A stretch of DNA of 64,000 nucleotides from Scenedesmus sp. PABB004 (GCA_014905635.1 JABVCE010000014.1:372001-436000); one strand, 5' to 3'. Shown: positions 26,331 through 39,836, counted from the stretch's first letter. Numbers and translations: made by a program. Notes: a model not told the origin generated them from the letters alone.

Positions 26331-26896
26331 ATGCTTGCCACCCGCGCCAGCGCGCTCGCCCCGGCCCGGGCCGCCCGGCCGAGCCGCGCGGCGGCGCGCC
26401 TGCAGGTGGCCGCGTCCGCCAACGGCGCGGGCCTGGCCGAGGGGGCGCGCGTCAAGGTGGTGAAGCCGGTGATGGTCTTCCATGCGCCGAAACACGCGGA
26501 CGGCCTGCAGCTGGAGGGCATGACGGGCGTGATCAAGAAGGACGTGACCGAGTACAAGGGCAAGACGCTCTCCGCCAACCTGCCCTTCCAGGTGGTGTTC
26601 GACGTCGAGCGCGACGGCAAGCCGGCGAAGCTGCTGTGCCACCTGGTGCGGCCCCGCGGCGCGGCCATTGCGCGCGCGCGCCGCCGCCGGGCGCCGCCGC
26701 CGGCAGCGTCGGCGCAGCGCCGGCTCGCGCGGCCCGGCGCAGCGTGTCGCGCCGCGGCCGCCGCTGCTGCGGCTGCTGCCGCCGCTGCTGCCGCTGCTGC
26801 CGCTGCCGCCGCCGCTGCAGCTGGCGCCTGACGCCGCGCGCGCTCGCGCCGCCGCGGCCGCGCCCGCAGGAGGCGGAGGAGATTGCGGCGGTGTGA
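26331..26896 (+). CDS. ftrV: Ferredoxin-thioredoxin reductase variable subunit, plastid-targeted (exons 26331-26645, 26870-26896)
   Basis: Transit peptide followed by [17 protein letters not shown]...LEGMTG...[16 protein letters not shown]...LCHL-EAEEI. Confidence 0.9.
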
Positions 26897-27303
26897 GCCG
26901 CTCACGCCGCCGCGGCGGGCACGGCAGCAGCTGCTGCTCTCGGTCCCGAGCGGGGGGTCGCACTGAGAACCGTCCATTCTTTCGGGTCGCAGGCGGGCGC
27001 GGGCAATGAATTCCGGCGGCGCGGCGCTGCCGGCGGCGCGCACTCGCGGCCGCGGCACTGAGCACTTGGCCGCGGCGCGAGGCGAGGCAAGGCGAGGCGA
27101 GGGAGCGGTGCGGCGCCGCCTTGATCTGGCGCGCCGCGCTCGGCCCGGACGTGCGCGCGGGCGCCGGCCGGCGGCGGCTGAACAGTTTTGCGGAGTGCGC
27201 CGCCCGCAGCGCGCGTGGCGGGTTTGCGGAGTGCGCCGCCCGCAGCGCGCGTGGCGGGCGGTAACCGAGTCGGCGCGCGCGTCCGGGCCGGCCCCCCGCC
27301 CTG

Positions 27304-28796
27304 CTAGCCAGTTCCGCGCACCGACACGCCCAGCGCACCGCCGCAGAACGGGCAGCTCCCAAACAGCGTGTCAAACACGCGCCGGCTCGTCGGCAGCGCG
27401 CCCAGCCACTCCGCGAGGCAGCGGCCGTGGAACGCCCGGCCGCAGGCGGCGCCGGGGCAGCTGACGCTGGGCGCCTCGCCTGCGTCGCGGCGGCAGGCGC
27501 AGCAGGCGCGGCGCTGGGCCGGCGGCGCGGCGCGCGCGGCCGCGCGCGCACGCCCGCAGCGAGCCGGGCGCGCACCCAGCTCGCCCGGCCGGTCCGCGCT
27601 GGGCAGGTGCAGTGCGTAGCAGATGGCGCAGGCGCCGGGCTCGCCCTCCTCGTCGTCGCTGTCAGACGCCGCGTCTGCTGGGCTGCCGCCCTGGCCGTCG
27701 CCCTGGCTGTCGCCGGGCGGCGCCGCGAGCGCGGCGCAGCCCTTGCGCACGCCCGGCCTGGGCGGCGGCAGGCGCAGCTGCGCGGCGGCGGTGGCGGCGG
27801 CGGCGCTGACGTCGTGGGCACGCTGCAGCGTGGCCGGCGCCGCCGCGGGACGGCAGCGCCGGGGGCGCAGGAGCAACAGCAGCACCACCACCAGCACCAG
27901 CACCAGCACCAGCGGCGGCGGCGACGGCGGCGGCGCGCACCTCGAGCACCGCCTCCAGGTTGGCCCGCACGCTGCGGTCGGGCGACCAGGCCGCGGCCGC
28001 GCGGCCGTACCAAGCCGCCTGCAGGCCCGCGACCGCCGCGCTGGGGCCGTGGAACACGGCCGCCGGCAGCGCGCGCGGCGCGTCGGGCTGCAGCGACACC
28101 GCTGCGCTGCAGCCGTTGCCGAGCGCGAGCGTCCGCGCCGGCGCGGCGTACGGCGCCGCGAGCGCCTGGGGCGGGTCCAGCAGCTGCGTGTGCGCGTCCA
28201 GGTCCTCCAGCTCCGCCCACAGCGCCTGGTAGCTCTCCAGGACCTGCGGCGCCACGCGCAGCGCGGGCGGCGCTCGGCGGCAAGCGGCGGCCGCAGCACG
28301 CCCCCGCCTGCGCACGCCCACCGCGCCGCGCCGCGCCGCGCCGCGCCTGCTCCGCCTGCGCAACCAGCTGCGCCAGCGTGTACCCCGGCAGCCAGCGCGG
28401 CCGCCACGGCCGCGGCAGCGCGACCGCGACCGCCGGCGCCGCGACGGGGAAGCTCGGCGGCAGGCGCAGCTCCACCGCGTGCGCGCGCCCCGCGGCGTCG
28501 GTCAGCGCCAGCGTGAGGCCGCTGAGGTCGCGCGCCAGCGCCGCCACGCGGGCCCAGCCGATGCCGTCGAGCTGGGCCAGCAGCGCGGCGCACGCGCCCG
28601 GCTCCGGCGGCGCCGCCGCGCCGCCGCGCGCCGCCGCCTCGCAGCCGGCCGCGAGGAGGAGGGGCTGCAGCAAGCCCACGCACTGCGCGTGCGCCTGGCG
28701 CAGCAGCGCCGCCGCGGGCGGCGGCCGCTGCTCGGCGTCGATCGCTGCCGCAGCGGTCGCCACCGCCGCGTGGCGGCCCGGCGGCAGCAGCAGCAT
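27304..28796 (-). CDS. FANCL: FANCL E3 ubiquitin ligase (RWD/URD-like domains plus RING)
   Basis: C-terminal CAICYALHL...C..AACGRAFHGRCLAEWLGALPTSRRVFDTLFGSCPFC is the FANCL RING. Upstream IGWARV, DAAGRAH and LWAELEDLD motifs. Confidence 0.88.
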
Positions 28797-28991
28797 GGCG
28801 TCGGCTGGCTGCGGGGGCAGAGGGGATCGAACAGTGGGCGGGGGGTCAGGCAGCTGGACTCTCTGAAGTCGCAGCTGTCTGCGACGGCGCTTGAAGCGCG
28901 GGTCTCAGCGCCGCCGCGGAGCGCTTGCTGCCGGCGTGGTGCGCGCCACCGGTCGCTAGCTGTTCGCGCGCTGGTCACCGAGCGCTGCGCC

Positions 28992-31900
28992 ATGGCCGAC
29001 GCCGACGCGCAAGAGTGCGGGCCGCGCTGCGCCGCCGCGGCGCAGCGGGCCCCGCCGCCGCTCACGCGCCGCCGCCGCTCACGCCAGGGCGATTTTGCTG
29101 GTGTTGGAGACGGCACGGCAGCAGGCGGCGCAGATCAGGTGCGGCGTGGCGGGGCGATGAACGTGTGTTGACCGCCAGCACGCTCGCCGTCGGACGGCCG
29201 CACCACGCCGCCACGCCGCCGCGCAGACGGCTGGAGGACGCCGCCGCCGCCGCTGCCGGCGACCGCGCGCAGCTGGAGCAGCGCGTCGCGTGCCTGGAGG
29301 AGCGGCGCACCCCGGTGGCGGCGCCGCCCCGCCCGCCGCCGCCGCACGACGTGCTGGCGCGGCTGCAGCGCGCGGAGCAGCGCGCCGAGCGCGCGGCCGA
29401 GGCGGCGGACGCGGCGGCGGGCGAGGCGCGCGGCGCGGCGGCGGGGCTGCAGCGCCTCGACGCGGAGCTCGCGCGGCAGCTGGCCAACGTGCGCGCCGAC
29501 ACCAAGGCGGCGCTCGGCCTCGCGGCGGGCCGGCTGCGCGCCGAGGCGGAGGCGGCGGCCGAGGCGGCGCGGCGCGCGGGCGAGGCGGCCGTGCGGCGCG
29601 AGCTCGACGGCGCCGCGGGGCGCCTCGAGTCGCGCCTCTCCGCCAGCCGCCTGGCCGCGTCGGCGGCGCTGGAGCAGGAGGTCGGGCGCGTGCAGGCCGC
29701 CGCTGAGGCGCGCGGCGCGGCGCTGCAGGCGCGACTGGACGAGCTCGCCGAGGGCCAGGAGGGGGGCGCCGCGCTGGCACAGGCCACGGCGCGCGCGCTG
29801 GACGCCGTGCGGGCCGCCGCGGCCGACCTGGCCGCGCAGCAGCAGCAGCACCGGCAGGCGAACACGCAGCAGCTGCAGGAGGTGCAGCGCGGCATGGCGG
29901 CCGCGCACGCGGCCGCGCGCGCGGCGGCGGACGGCGCAGCCGCCGCGCGGCGGGCGGCGGCCGAGCAGCTGCAGGAGCTGCGGCTCGAGCTCGCGGCCGC
30001 CCAGGGCAGCCTGGCGGCGCTGCAGGCGTCGACCGCGGGTGCGGCGCGGCGGTGCGCTGCGCTGTGCTCGCTGCCGCAGCAGCGGCCGTCGCCTCAGCTG
30101 CCGCCGCCCCGCGCGCAGGCCTCGAGGCGGCGAGCGCATCCGGCGCGGCGCAGCTGGGCGAGCACGACCGCTCGCTGCAGCAGCTGGGCGCTGCAAGCGG
30201 ATCGCTGCAGGCGCAGCTGCTTGCGCTGTGCAATCAGGTTGATCCTGGCGCTGCCAGCGTGCTCGCCGCGGCGGCCGGCGGCGAGCCGGCCGCGGCGATC
30301 TTCCCGCGCCGCGGCGACCCGGGTGACCTGGGCGGCCTGCTGGCGGCCGACTCGGACGACGACGACGGCGCGACGCCGTCGGCCAGCGACGCGCGCTCGC
30401 CGGGCCGCGGCCGGCGCGCCGCGGGCGGCGGCGGCGGCGCCAGGGCGAGCGGGGACGCCGGCATGCTGCGCCACCTCCCAGTCTCGATGCGCCTGCTGCT
30501 CCTGGAGGGCAGCCTGGCGGAGGTCAGCGGCAGCATGGCAGGCAAGGCAGGGGCGGGCGAGCTGTCGGCGCTCTCGGCCCAGCTGGCGGAGCTGAGCGCG
30601 CGCGTGGTCGACCAGGGCAGCGGCCTCCTGCGGCTCACCGCGGCGTGCGACGGCGGCCTGCAGGAGCGGCCCACCTGTGCGCAGGTGCACGAGCAGCTGG
30701 AGCGCGCGCTCGCGGACGCCAGCGCCGCCGCCCGCGCCGCCGCGTCGCCGCTGCAGCGCCAGCTGGACGACCTGCAGGCGGAGCTCGCCGGTGCGCGGCG
30801 TGAGCTGCAGGCGGCGCAGGCAGAGCAGCAGCACCTCCAAGAGCGGGCGGCGCAGCAGGCGGGGCAGCTCGCGCAGCGCCTGGACGCGCAGCTCCGCGAG
30901 GCGGCGGACGACCTGCGGCGCGGCGCGGCAGCGGAGGGGCGGGAGGCGGCGGTGGACGCCGTGAAGCAGCTGGCGGCGGACCAGGTGGGCCGCCTGACAC
31001 GGGAGGGGAGGGCGAGGGGGGGGGGGGGGGGTGGCGCCCCCGGCACGTCGCAGCGCGCGCGCACCCTGCCAGTTGCGCGCCCCGCACGGCTCACGCAGGC
31101 AGCCGCGGCGGGCGGCGACGTCGGCAAGCGGCTGGGCGCGCTCGACGCCAAGCTGCGGCTGCTGGCGTCCGAGGTGGAGGGCGGCGCGGCGGCGGCGGAC
31201 GGCCACACCAAGGCGATCGCCGGGCTCGAGGCCGCGCTGGCCGCCCAGGGCGCGAGCGCCGCGGCGGCGGCGGCCACGCTGCGCAGCGAGCTGGCCGCCG
31301 TTGCAGAGGAGGCGGCGGGCGCGGCGCGTGCGCAGGCCGGCCGCCTGGCGGTGCTCGAGGCAGCCGCGCGGCACAATGCTGAGGCGCTGCGCGAGCTTGC
31401 GGCCGTCACGGGCCAGCTGCCGGACAGGGCTGCGCTGCGCGCGGCGCTGCTGGCGGCGGGCGAGTGCCAGCACGCGGTGCAGGAGCGCGCGCTGGCGGCG
31501 CTGCGCGAGGCGGAGGAGGGGCGGTGGGCGGCCTGGCTGGCAGAGTTTGCGCGCCTGCTGGAGGCGCGGCCCACCGCGGCGGCGGTGTCCCGGCAGCTCG
31601 CCGACGCGGCGGCGCAGCAGGCCGAGGCGGCCGCGACGGCGGCGGCCGCTGCCGCGGAGGACGTGGCGCGCGCGGTGCTGGACGAGGGCCTCGCCGCCGT
31701 CGCGGTGCTGGAGCTTCGCATGGACGCGCTCGACGCAGGCGTGCAGCTGCTGGGCGCGTCGTCGCCGGCGAGCGCCGCGCCGGCGGCGTGGCAGCAGCAC
31801 CAACAACAGCAGCAGGAGCAGCAGCAGCAGGAGCTGAAAGAGCAGCTCGTGGCGGCGCAGCGCAGCCCGGGCCGCGCGTCCGCCTGCGCGTGCACCGGCG

Positions 31901-32157
31901 CCGCTGGCTGCAGCGGCCGCCAGGTGGCGCGGCTGGCGCGGCAGGTCGCGGACCTGGAGCGCGAGCTGTCGGGCGTGCGGCGGCAGCTCGGCGAGCTGCG
32001 GGAGCAGCAGCAGCTGCGCGCCGCGGCTGCGGTGGGGCGGGACGAGCTCGACGGCCTGCTCGCGCGCAAGCTGGACGTGGACGCCTTCCTCGCGAGCGTC
32101 GCGACACGCACGCGGGGGCGGCCCTCAACGGCCACCACTGCCGGCGGCGCCGGCTGA
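28992..32157 (+). CDS. Long Ala/Gln/Glu-rich coiled-coil protein of unknown function, about 5 exons
   Basis: Spliced start MADADAQEAILLVLETARQQAAQIRRLED; long heptad-rich exons with coding-like codon bias; stop at 32155-57. Confidence 0.7.
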
Positions 32158-32182
32158 GCGCGTGCGGCGCCGGCGGCCTCGC

Positions 32183-32508
32183 GGCGTGCCTGGCGGGCGT
32201 GGGCGTGCGCCGCGCGGGTGGGGGGCGAGTGCGGCCGGGCGCGCGCCGTGGGGCGGGTGCTGCGCGCACCCCGCCAGCGCGGACGTGTCACGCCAGGCAA
32301 CTCGCGGTCATCCTGTCTCTGCGTCTGCCCTCGCGCGCCCCGCCCGCCGACAGCGCTCCCACGCGTCGTGCGCTGGCCCTCGCCCGGCAAACAGAGCTGC
32401 CGCGCGCGCTGCGGGCGGGGCCGCGAGAGAGAGAGAGCGGCGGCGCGCGGCGCGGCGGGCGGGAGTCCGAGCTGCTGCCGCCGCGAGCGCGGCCGCCACA
32501 GGCACAGG
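32183..32508 (+). repeat. Left arm of an imperfect inverted repeat (about 320 bp) flanking ispD
   Basis: Reverse complement of 34070-34391, e.g. GCGGACGTGTCACGCCAG vs CTGGCGTGACACGTCCGC, and GGGAGTCCGAGCTG vs CAGCTCGGACTCCC. Confidence 0.92.
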
Positions 32509-32650
32509 GCGAGCTCGGCGCGCGACCGCCTCGCGCACTGCGCCCTGCACCGCCGCCGCGGCCCGCCAGCTGCCGCGGCTGCGCTGCCAGGCCCGCTCGC
32601 CCGGCCGGTCGTCACCAGGCGGCTGCCGGGTCTCTCGCCAGCCTCCGGCC

Positions 32651-33968
32651 ATGGCGCTGCGCGCGCCCGCCTCGCAGGCCGGGGCGCTGGCCCGCGCGCC
32701 CCGGCGCCAGGCGCCCGCGTTCGTTCCGTTTGCGGCTGCCAGCGGCAGCAGCGCACGTAGCTGCAGCAATGTGGGACCGCGCCGCGCGCCCAGCGGCCGC
32801 GATTTCGGCGCGGCGGGCCCGCCGCTGCTGCGCCGCCATCTCCGGCGCGCCGCGGCCGCGGCGGCGGCCCCCAGCGCCAACGACGGCGGCGAGCTGGCCC
32901 TGCCCGACGGCAGCGTGAGCGTGGTGCTGCTGGCGGGCGGCGTGGGCAAGCGCATGGGCGCGGCGATCCCGAAGCAGTACCTCGAGCTGCGGGGGCAGGC
33001 GATCGCGACCTACTCGCTCGTCACCTTTGCGGCCATGCCCCAGGTGGGCGAGATCGTCATCGTGTGCGACCCCAGCTGGCGGCACGTGTTCGAGGAGCAC
33101 TTTGGCGGGCTGCGCGCCGGCGTGGAGCTCAAGTGGGCGCTGCCCGGCGCGGAGCGCCAGGACAGCGTGGCCAATGGCCTCGCGCAGGTGCGGCGCGGCC
33201 GGCGCGCGGGGCAGCTGGGAGCGTCGGGAGCGCGTGCCGGCGGCGGCGGCGGCCGCCCGGCCGGCACAGCGGCGACAGCAGGGCTGCCAGCAGGGCCGGT
33301 GGCCCCGGCGCTCAGGCACGCCCGCCGCCCACGGCCCGCTCCCCCCCTCCCTTGCTCCCTTGCTCCCCCGCTCCCCCGCGCGCGCGCGCAGGTCTCGCCC
33401 GGCGCGGCGGTCGTCGCGGTGCACGACTCGGCGCGCCCGCTCGTCACGCGGGCCGACGCGGCGGCGTGCATGCTCGACGGCCTCGCGACCGGCGCGGCGG
33501 TGCTGGGCGTGCCGGTCAAGCCGACGATCAAGGAGGTGGCGGCCGACATGACGGTCGTCAAGACGCTGCAGCGCGCGGCGCTGTGGGAGGTGCAGACGCC
33601 GCAGTGCATCCGCCCCGACCTGCTGCGTGAGGGCTTCCGCCTCGTGCGCGAGCGCGGGCTCGAGGTCACCGACGACGTCAGCATCATCGAGGCCATGGGC
33701 CTGCCCGTCAAGGTGCGGATGGGTGTGTGGTGGGGGTGAGGTGGGGCAGCAACGGCGCGAGGCACGGCGCGAGCCGCGCGGCGCGAGCCCCGCCGGCGCC
33801 GGGCGCGCGCAGGTCACGCGCGGGAGCTACACCAACATCAAGGTCACCACGCCCGACGACATGAGCGTCGCCGAGAAGTTCCTCTCCGAGGCGGAGGGCG
33901 CGGCCAGCGGCAAGGAGGTGCAGGCGGCGGCGGCGGCGGCAGTGCCGGAGGCGCAGCGCACGTGGTGA
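32651..33968 (+). CDS. ispD: 2-C-methyl-D-erythritol 4-phosphate cytidylyltransferase (MEP pathway), plastid-targeted, 3 exons
   Basis: VLLAGGVGKRMGAAIPKQYL, GAERQDSV, VAVHDSARP, LWEVQTPQ, VTDDVSIIE, NIKVTTPDD. Confidence 0.96.
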
Positions 33969-34069
33969 GCGGGTAGCGACCAGTGCTGCTGCGACGGCTG
34001 GCCAGTGCTGGCGGGGAGGGCGGCCGGGATGGTGTGTGACCAGCTGCAGTCGCGCCGCAGCGCGCCCGG

Positions 34070-34391
34070 CCTGTGCCTGCGGCGGCGGCCGCGCTCGGGG
34101 CGGCACCAGCTCGGACTCCCGCCCGCCGCGCGCCGCCGCTCTCTCTCACTCGCGGCCCCGCCCGCAGCGCGCGCGGCAGCTCTGTTGTCGGGCCGGGGCC
34201 AGCACGCACGACGCGCGGGGGGCGCTGTCGGCGGGCGGGGCGCGCGAGGGCAGTCGCAGAGACGGATGACCGCGAGTTGGCTGGCGTGACACGTCCGCGC
34301 TGGCGGGGTGCGCGCTGCACCCGCCCCACGGCGCGCGCCCGGCCGCACTCGCCCCCCACCCGCGCGGCGCGGCCCACGCACGCGGCACGCC
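34070..34391 (-). repeat. Right arm of the inverted repeat flanking ispD
   Basis: Colinear reverse complement of 32183-32508 with scattered substitutions and small indels. Confidence 0.92.
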
Positions 34392-34483
34392 AGTTACGAG
34401 ACCTGCTGCTGCCGCGCCCCCCGTGCACGAGCCGCCGATCGCCAGCGCCCGCAGACGCGCAGCGACGACCGAGACCCCCGCGC

Positions 34484-37400
34484 ATGCGGCGGATGGCGGC
34501 CCTCGGCGCCAGGCTGGGCGGGGAGCAGGGTGCGGCCGCAGCGCGCGCCGCGGCCGGGCTGATGGAGCACGTTGCGGCCCTCGCTGGCGGCGGCGGGCGC
34601 GCCTTCTCGCGTGAGCAGCGCGGAGGCGCCTGCGGCAGCATCTCTTCGGGACGCCCGCAGGCGCCCCACGCCGCGCCCGCGCGGCGTCCTGCCGCCCCGA
34701 CGCTCGCCCTCTCTCGGCCGCCCCGCGACGGCGTGCGCACCGCCCGCAGAGCTGGTGCTGGCGCGGCGCGAGACGAGCGCGCACGAGGCGCGCGCTGCTG
34801 CCTCTGCGCCGCCGCCCGCGCCGCCGCCGCCCGCGCCGCCGCCGCCGCCCGCGCCGCCGCCGGCTGGCACGCCCCGGCTTCCTGGGGCGCGCTGCGCGGC
34901 ACGCTGCCGCGCCGACGCGCCGCCGCCGCCGCCGACCAGGTCGCCGACCGCGCGCCGCCGGTGCCCGACCGCGCCGAGTATGAGCGCCTGCACAAGTGGT
35001 CCGTGGACGACCCCGCCGGCTTCTGGGCGCACATGGCGGCGGACTACTACTGGGCCAAGAAGGCGCGCGCGTCCTGCAAGCGCGCCGCAGACCCGCGCGT
35101 CCTGCGAGCGCGCGTCCTGCGAGCGCGCGCCGCGCGCGGGCTGACCCGCCGCCGCGCCGCGCCGCGCGCCGCGCAGTGGGAGCCGGCGCACCACGAGTAC
35201 AACTTTGACCTGCGCAAGGGCCCCATCAGCGTGACCTGGTTCAAGGGCGGCCGCACCAACGTGTGCTACAACGCGCTCGACCGCTGGGTCGCGGCGGGGC
35301 GGGGCAACCAGGTCGCGTTCATCTGGTGCGCGCGCCGCGCCGCGCCGCCCCTGGCTGGCTGGCCGCGCGCGTGTGTCATTGACGCTGCCTGGCGGGCCGC
35401 CTGCTGCGGGCCGCGCGCGTGCGCGTGTGGGAGGAGGATGACCACGTGGAGAGCGGAGGGCCCGCGCGCGAGCCCCGACCCCGCCGCCGCCCGGGGGCTC
35501 GGCCCCACCGACACCCCCCCCCATCCTCTGCCTCGGGCGCAGGGAGGGCAACGACTACGGGCACGAGCGCACCATGACCTACCAGCAGGTCCTCACCGAG
35601 ACGTGCCGCCTCGCCAACTGGCTGCGCGGCAACGGCGTGGAGAAGGCGCGCGGCGCCGCCGGGGCGCGGCCCGCCCCCGCGCTCACGCCCCACTCAGCCG
35701 CCCCCGTCTGAACGCTCGCCCACGCCCCACGCCCGCCCTTGGTGAACCCTGAACCCCGACCCCTGTCCGCCCTTTACCGAACCCCAAACACCACAGGGCG
35801 ACGTGGTGACGATCTACCTGCCCATGATCTGCGAGCTCCCCATCGCGATGCTCGCGTGCGCGCGCATCGGCGCGGTGCACAGCGTCGTCTTCGGCGGCTT
35901 CTCCGCCGACGCGCTCGCGCAGCGCATCGCCGACGGCGGGTGCGCGCGCGGGCCCGCGGCGCCGGCGGCGGGCCGCGCCCCCTCTCGGGCAGCAGCAGGG
36001 GCAGCGGGCGGCGTCGGGCCGCCGCCGCTGCCGCCCCCGTCCCCGACAGCACCCTCTCTCCCAGCGCACCCACGCCGACCCATCCACCACCACACCCACC
36101 GCCGCCGCCGCCCCCAAAGGTCGCGCGTCGTGATCACCGCGAGCGGCGTCAACCGCGCGACCAAGCGCGTCGACCTCAAGGCCATCGTCGACGACGCGGC
36201 GGCCAAGGCGGCGGCGGGCGGCTACCGCGGCCTCGCGCGCGTGCTGGTGTTTGAGAAGAGCGCGCTGCCGCGGTGAGCGTCTTAGTGCACATGAGCCCGT
36301 GTGTGTGCCTGTGTGTGCGTTTTGGGGGGGGGGTGCGGGCGGCGCGGGTGGGTGGTGAGTGGGCGGGCGGTGAGCGCGCCGGCGTGGTGTGAGGAGGGTG
36401 TGTGCACGGGCACCGCCGCCGCTCACACGCGCACGCCGCGCCGCCGCCGCCGCGGCCGCGCGCGCGCGCAGGGAGCAGACGCCGTGGGTGCCGGGGCGCG
36501 ACGTGTGGTGGCACCGCGAGATCCCGCAGCGCCCCGAGTGCGTGCGCGGCGCGGCGGGGGGGGGGGTGCGCGCCGCAGCCAGGGCGCAGCAGCCGCCGCG
36601 CCGCGCGTGCTGCCCTTGCGCCCGCTGAACCCCCTGCGACGTCCCGCCTCCGCTGAACCCCGGCCAGGTACTGCGAGCCGGCGTGGATGGACGCGGAGGA
36701 CCCGCTGTTCATGCTCTACACCAGGTGCGCGGCGCCGGGGTTTAGAAGGCCGCCTGGGCACGGCAGGGTTTAGCAGTCGGAGCAGGGCTCGGCGCGGGGG
36801 TTGCGTTTCGGAAAATCCGGGCGGCAGGCGCCGGCCGGCGGGCGCGCGCGCCCTCGGGCGCCCACGCCTGCCCGCGCGCGCGCGCGCCGTCCCGCCGCCG
36901 CAGCGGCTCGACCGGGCAGCCCAAGGGCGTCCTGCACACCACCGGTGCGCCGCGGCCACGCGCCCGCGCCCACGCCGCGGCCTGCGGGCCCCGCCTCGGC
37001 CCCCAAACTCACCACCTCCCTCGCGGCGCCGCGCTGCTCCCCCCCCCTGCCGCCTCTGTGTGCGCCGCCGCGCAGGCGGCTACATGGTCGGCGCGGGGGC
37101 GACGTGCCGCTACCTCTTTGACCTGCGCCCGGGGGACGTCTACTGGTGCACCGCGGGTGCGGCGCGCGCCGCGGGGTTCTGTTGGGTTCTAGAACGAGAA
37201 GGGTTTGGGCGCAGGGCTTGGCGCGGACGGCCCCGCTGGCCGCGTCGCTGGCCGCCTGGCCGCGAGGGCCTGCTGCGACAGCCGCTCTGCCATTGGAAGC
37301 AGCTGCAGCAGCAGGCTCTCGCAGCCAGGCAGCCGCCGCGAGGGAGGCTCCGGCGTGGTCAGCCACACGCGCTCGCCCCGCGCGCCCAGCTCGCGCCCAG

Positions 37401-39795
37401 CTCGCGCCCGCCCCGCTTGGCACTCACAACCCCAAACCCCGCCCTGCTGCTCCTTGAACCGTGAACCCCAGACTGCGGGTGGATCACCGGCCACACGTAC
37501 CTCACGTACGGCCCGCTGCTCAACGGCGCGACCAACGTGCTCTTCGGCTCCACGCCCGCGCACCCCGACGCGGGGCGCTGCTGGCGCATCGTGGAGAAGT
37601 ACCAGGTGTGGGCGGCGGGGGTTTAGCAGTGCTAGGGCGAGGCCTAAACCCTGCCCGCACAGAGCACACACTCTCCCTCCCTCGCACACGCGCACGCGCA
37701 TGCACACCGCTGCCGGCCCTCCTGCGCTCCCCCCTCCACCCGCGCCCGCTCCCCCACCTGCCAACGCCCCCCCCCCCCCCCCCCGGCCAGGTGCGTGTGC
37801 TCTACACCGCGCCGACGCTCATTCGGAGCCTCATGCAGGTGCGCGTGGCGCCACGCCGCCCCGTGGGGCTCGGGGCTTTGAGGTTCTGGGGCGCTTAGCC
37901 TCTGCCGCGTGGCCTGCGCCGGCCCGCCCCGCGCCGCGCACCGTTCCGCGCCGCCGCCGCCAACCTTTTGCGCCCGCGCCCGCGTGCCGCCGCCGGCGCC
38001 AGTTTGGGGACGGCCCCGTGAAAGCGCACGACCGCTCCAGCCTGCGCGTGCTGGGCAGCGTGGGCGAGCCAATCAATCCCCACGCGTGGGAGTGGTTCCA
38101 TGAGGTGCGCGCGGGGCTGCCGGTGTGGTCGTGTGTGTGCGCGCGCGCGCGCGTGGGGTCTCTCTGGCGGGGGCGCGCAGGGGCGGGCGCGGCGACACGT
38201 GCGTGGCGTGCGGCGCGCCGCGCCGCCGCCGCCGCTGTGCCCCCCTCACGCACGCGCGCCCCTCGCGCGCCGCGTGCCGCGCCGCGCGCGCCAGGTCGTG
38301 GGCGAGGGGCGCTGCCCGATCGTGGACACGTGGTGGCAGACCGAGACGGGGTCGGCGATGATTGCGCCGCTGCCGCACGCGTGGGACGCGCCGCCCGGGG
38401 CCGCGACGCTGCCGTTCTTCGGCGTGCAGCCGGTGCTCCTCACCGACAAGGGCGTCGAGATCCAGGGCCCGGGTGCGGCGGCACTGGCTGGACGCGGCGG
38501 GGCGGGGCGGACGCGGGGTGGCGCGGCGCGGCAGGGGGGGGGGGAGCAGGGCGCGCTGCGCGCTGCGTGCTGCGCGCTGCGTGCTGCGCCCCGCGCGCGT
38601 GCGCCGGCAGCAGCCCCCTCGCGCGCCGGCGCGCCGGTGGCCCAGCGCCCGCTCGCCCCCGACCTCTCACCCGTCCCCCGTGCCCCCGTGCCCCCGTCCC
38701 CCCCCCCCCCCCCCGTCCCCCGTGCCCCGTCCCCCCCCCCCCGTCCCCCGTCCCCCCCCCCCCCGTCCCCCGCCCCCCCCCCCGTCCCCCCAAAGGCGAG
38801 GGCATCCTCGCGATCAAGGCCCCCTGGCCGGCCATGATGCGCACCGTGCACGGCGACCACGCGCGCTTCGAGCAGACCTACTTCTCGGCCTTCAAGGGCT
38901 ACTACTTCACAGGTGGGTGGGCGGTGGTGGGAGGTGGTGGGCCTGCCTGCCCGCGTGTGGCGGCGCGGCGGCGGCGCGGCGGTGTGGCGCCGGGCGCCGC
39001 GGCGCGCGGGGGCTCGTCGGGCGCGCGGCGCCCGCTCGGGGGCGTCATCGCGCGCTCGCCCCGACTCACCCACCCCCCCCCCCCCAAAACCCCTCTTGCG
39101 CTCCCCCGCCAGGCGACGGCGCGCGGCGCGACAAGAACGGCTTCATCTGGATCACGGGTCGTGTGGACGACGTCATTAACGTCAGCGGGCACCGCGTGGG
39201 CACGGCCGAGGTGGAGGCCGCGCTCGCGAGCCACGACAGCGTTGCAGAGGCGGCGGTCATCGGGTGCGGCGGCCGGCCGGCGGCCGGCGGCCGGCGGCCG
39301 GCGCGCGTGCTGCGCTGCGCTGCGCCTCTCCCGCCGCCCTCCGCGCCCGCGCTCCCTGCCTGCCATCTCTCTCCCTCGCTCCTCCTCCTCCCCCCCCACC
39401 TTCCGGCCCCTCCCTCTCCCCCTCCCACCACCCCCGCCCCGCCCCCGTCCCAATACCCCGCCCCAATACCCCGCCCCAATACCCCGCCCGTGACCGCAGC
39501 GTGCCGCACGCGGTCAAGGGCGAGAGCATCTACGCCTACGTCTCCCTGCTCGACGGCGTGGCCCCCAGCGCGGCGCTGCACGCGGCGCTCGTCAAGCTCG
39601 TGCGCGCGCAGATCGGGAGCTTCGCCGCGCCCGACGTCATCCACTGGGTGCGCGCCGCGCCGTGCGGCCCGCTGCTCCATGCCTGCCGCTGCGCGACGCG
39701 TGCTCGCCGCGCGCCGCCTCGCTGCGCGTGTCGTCGCGCCGCGCGCCCACACACGCCCGCGCGCGCCTGCGCCCTAAACCCCGCAGGCGCCGGGG

Positions 39796-39836
<41 letters not shown>

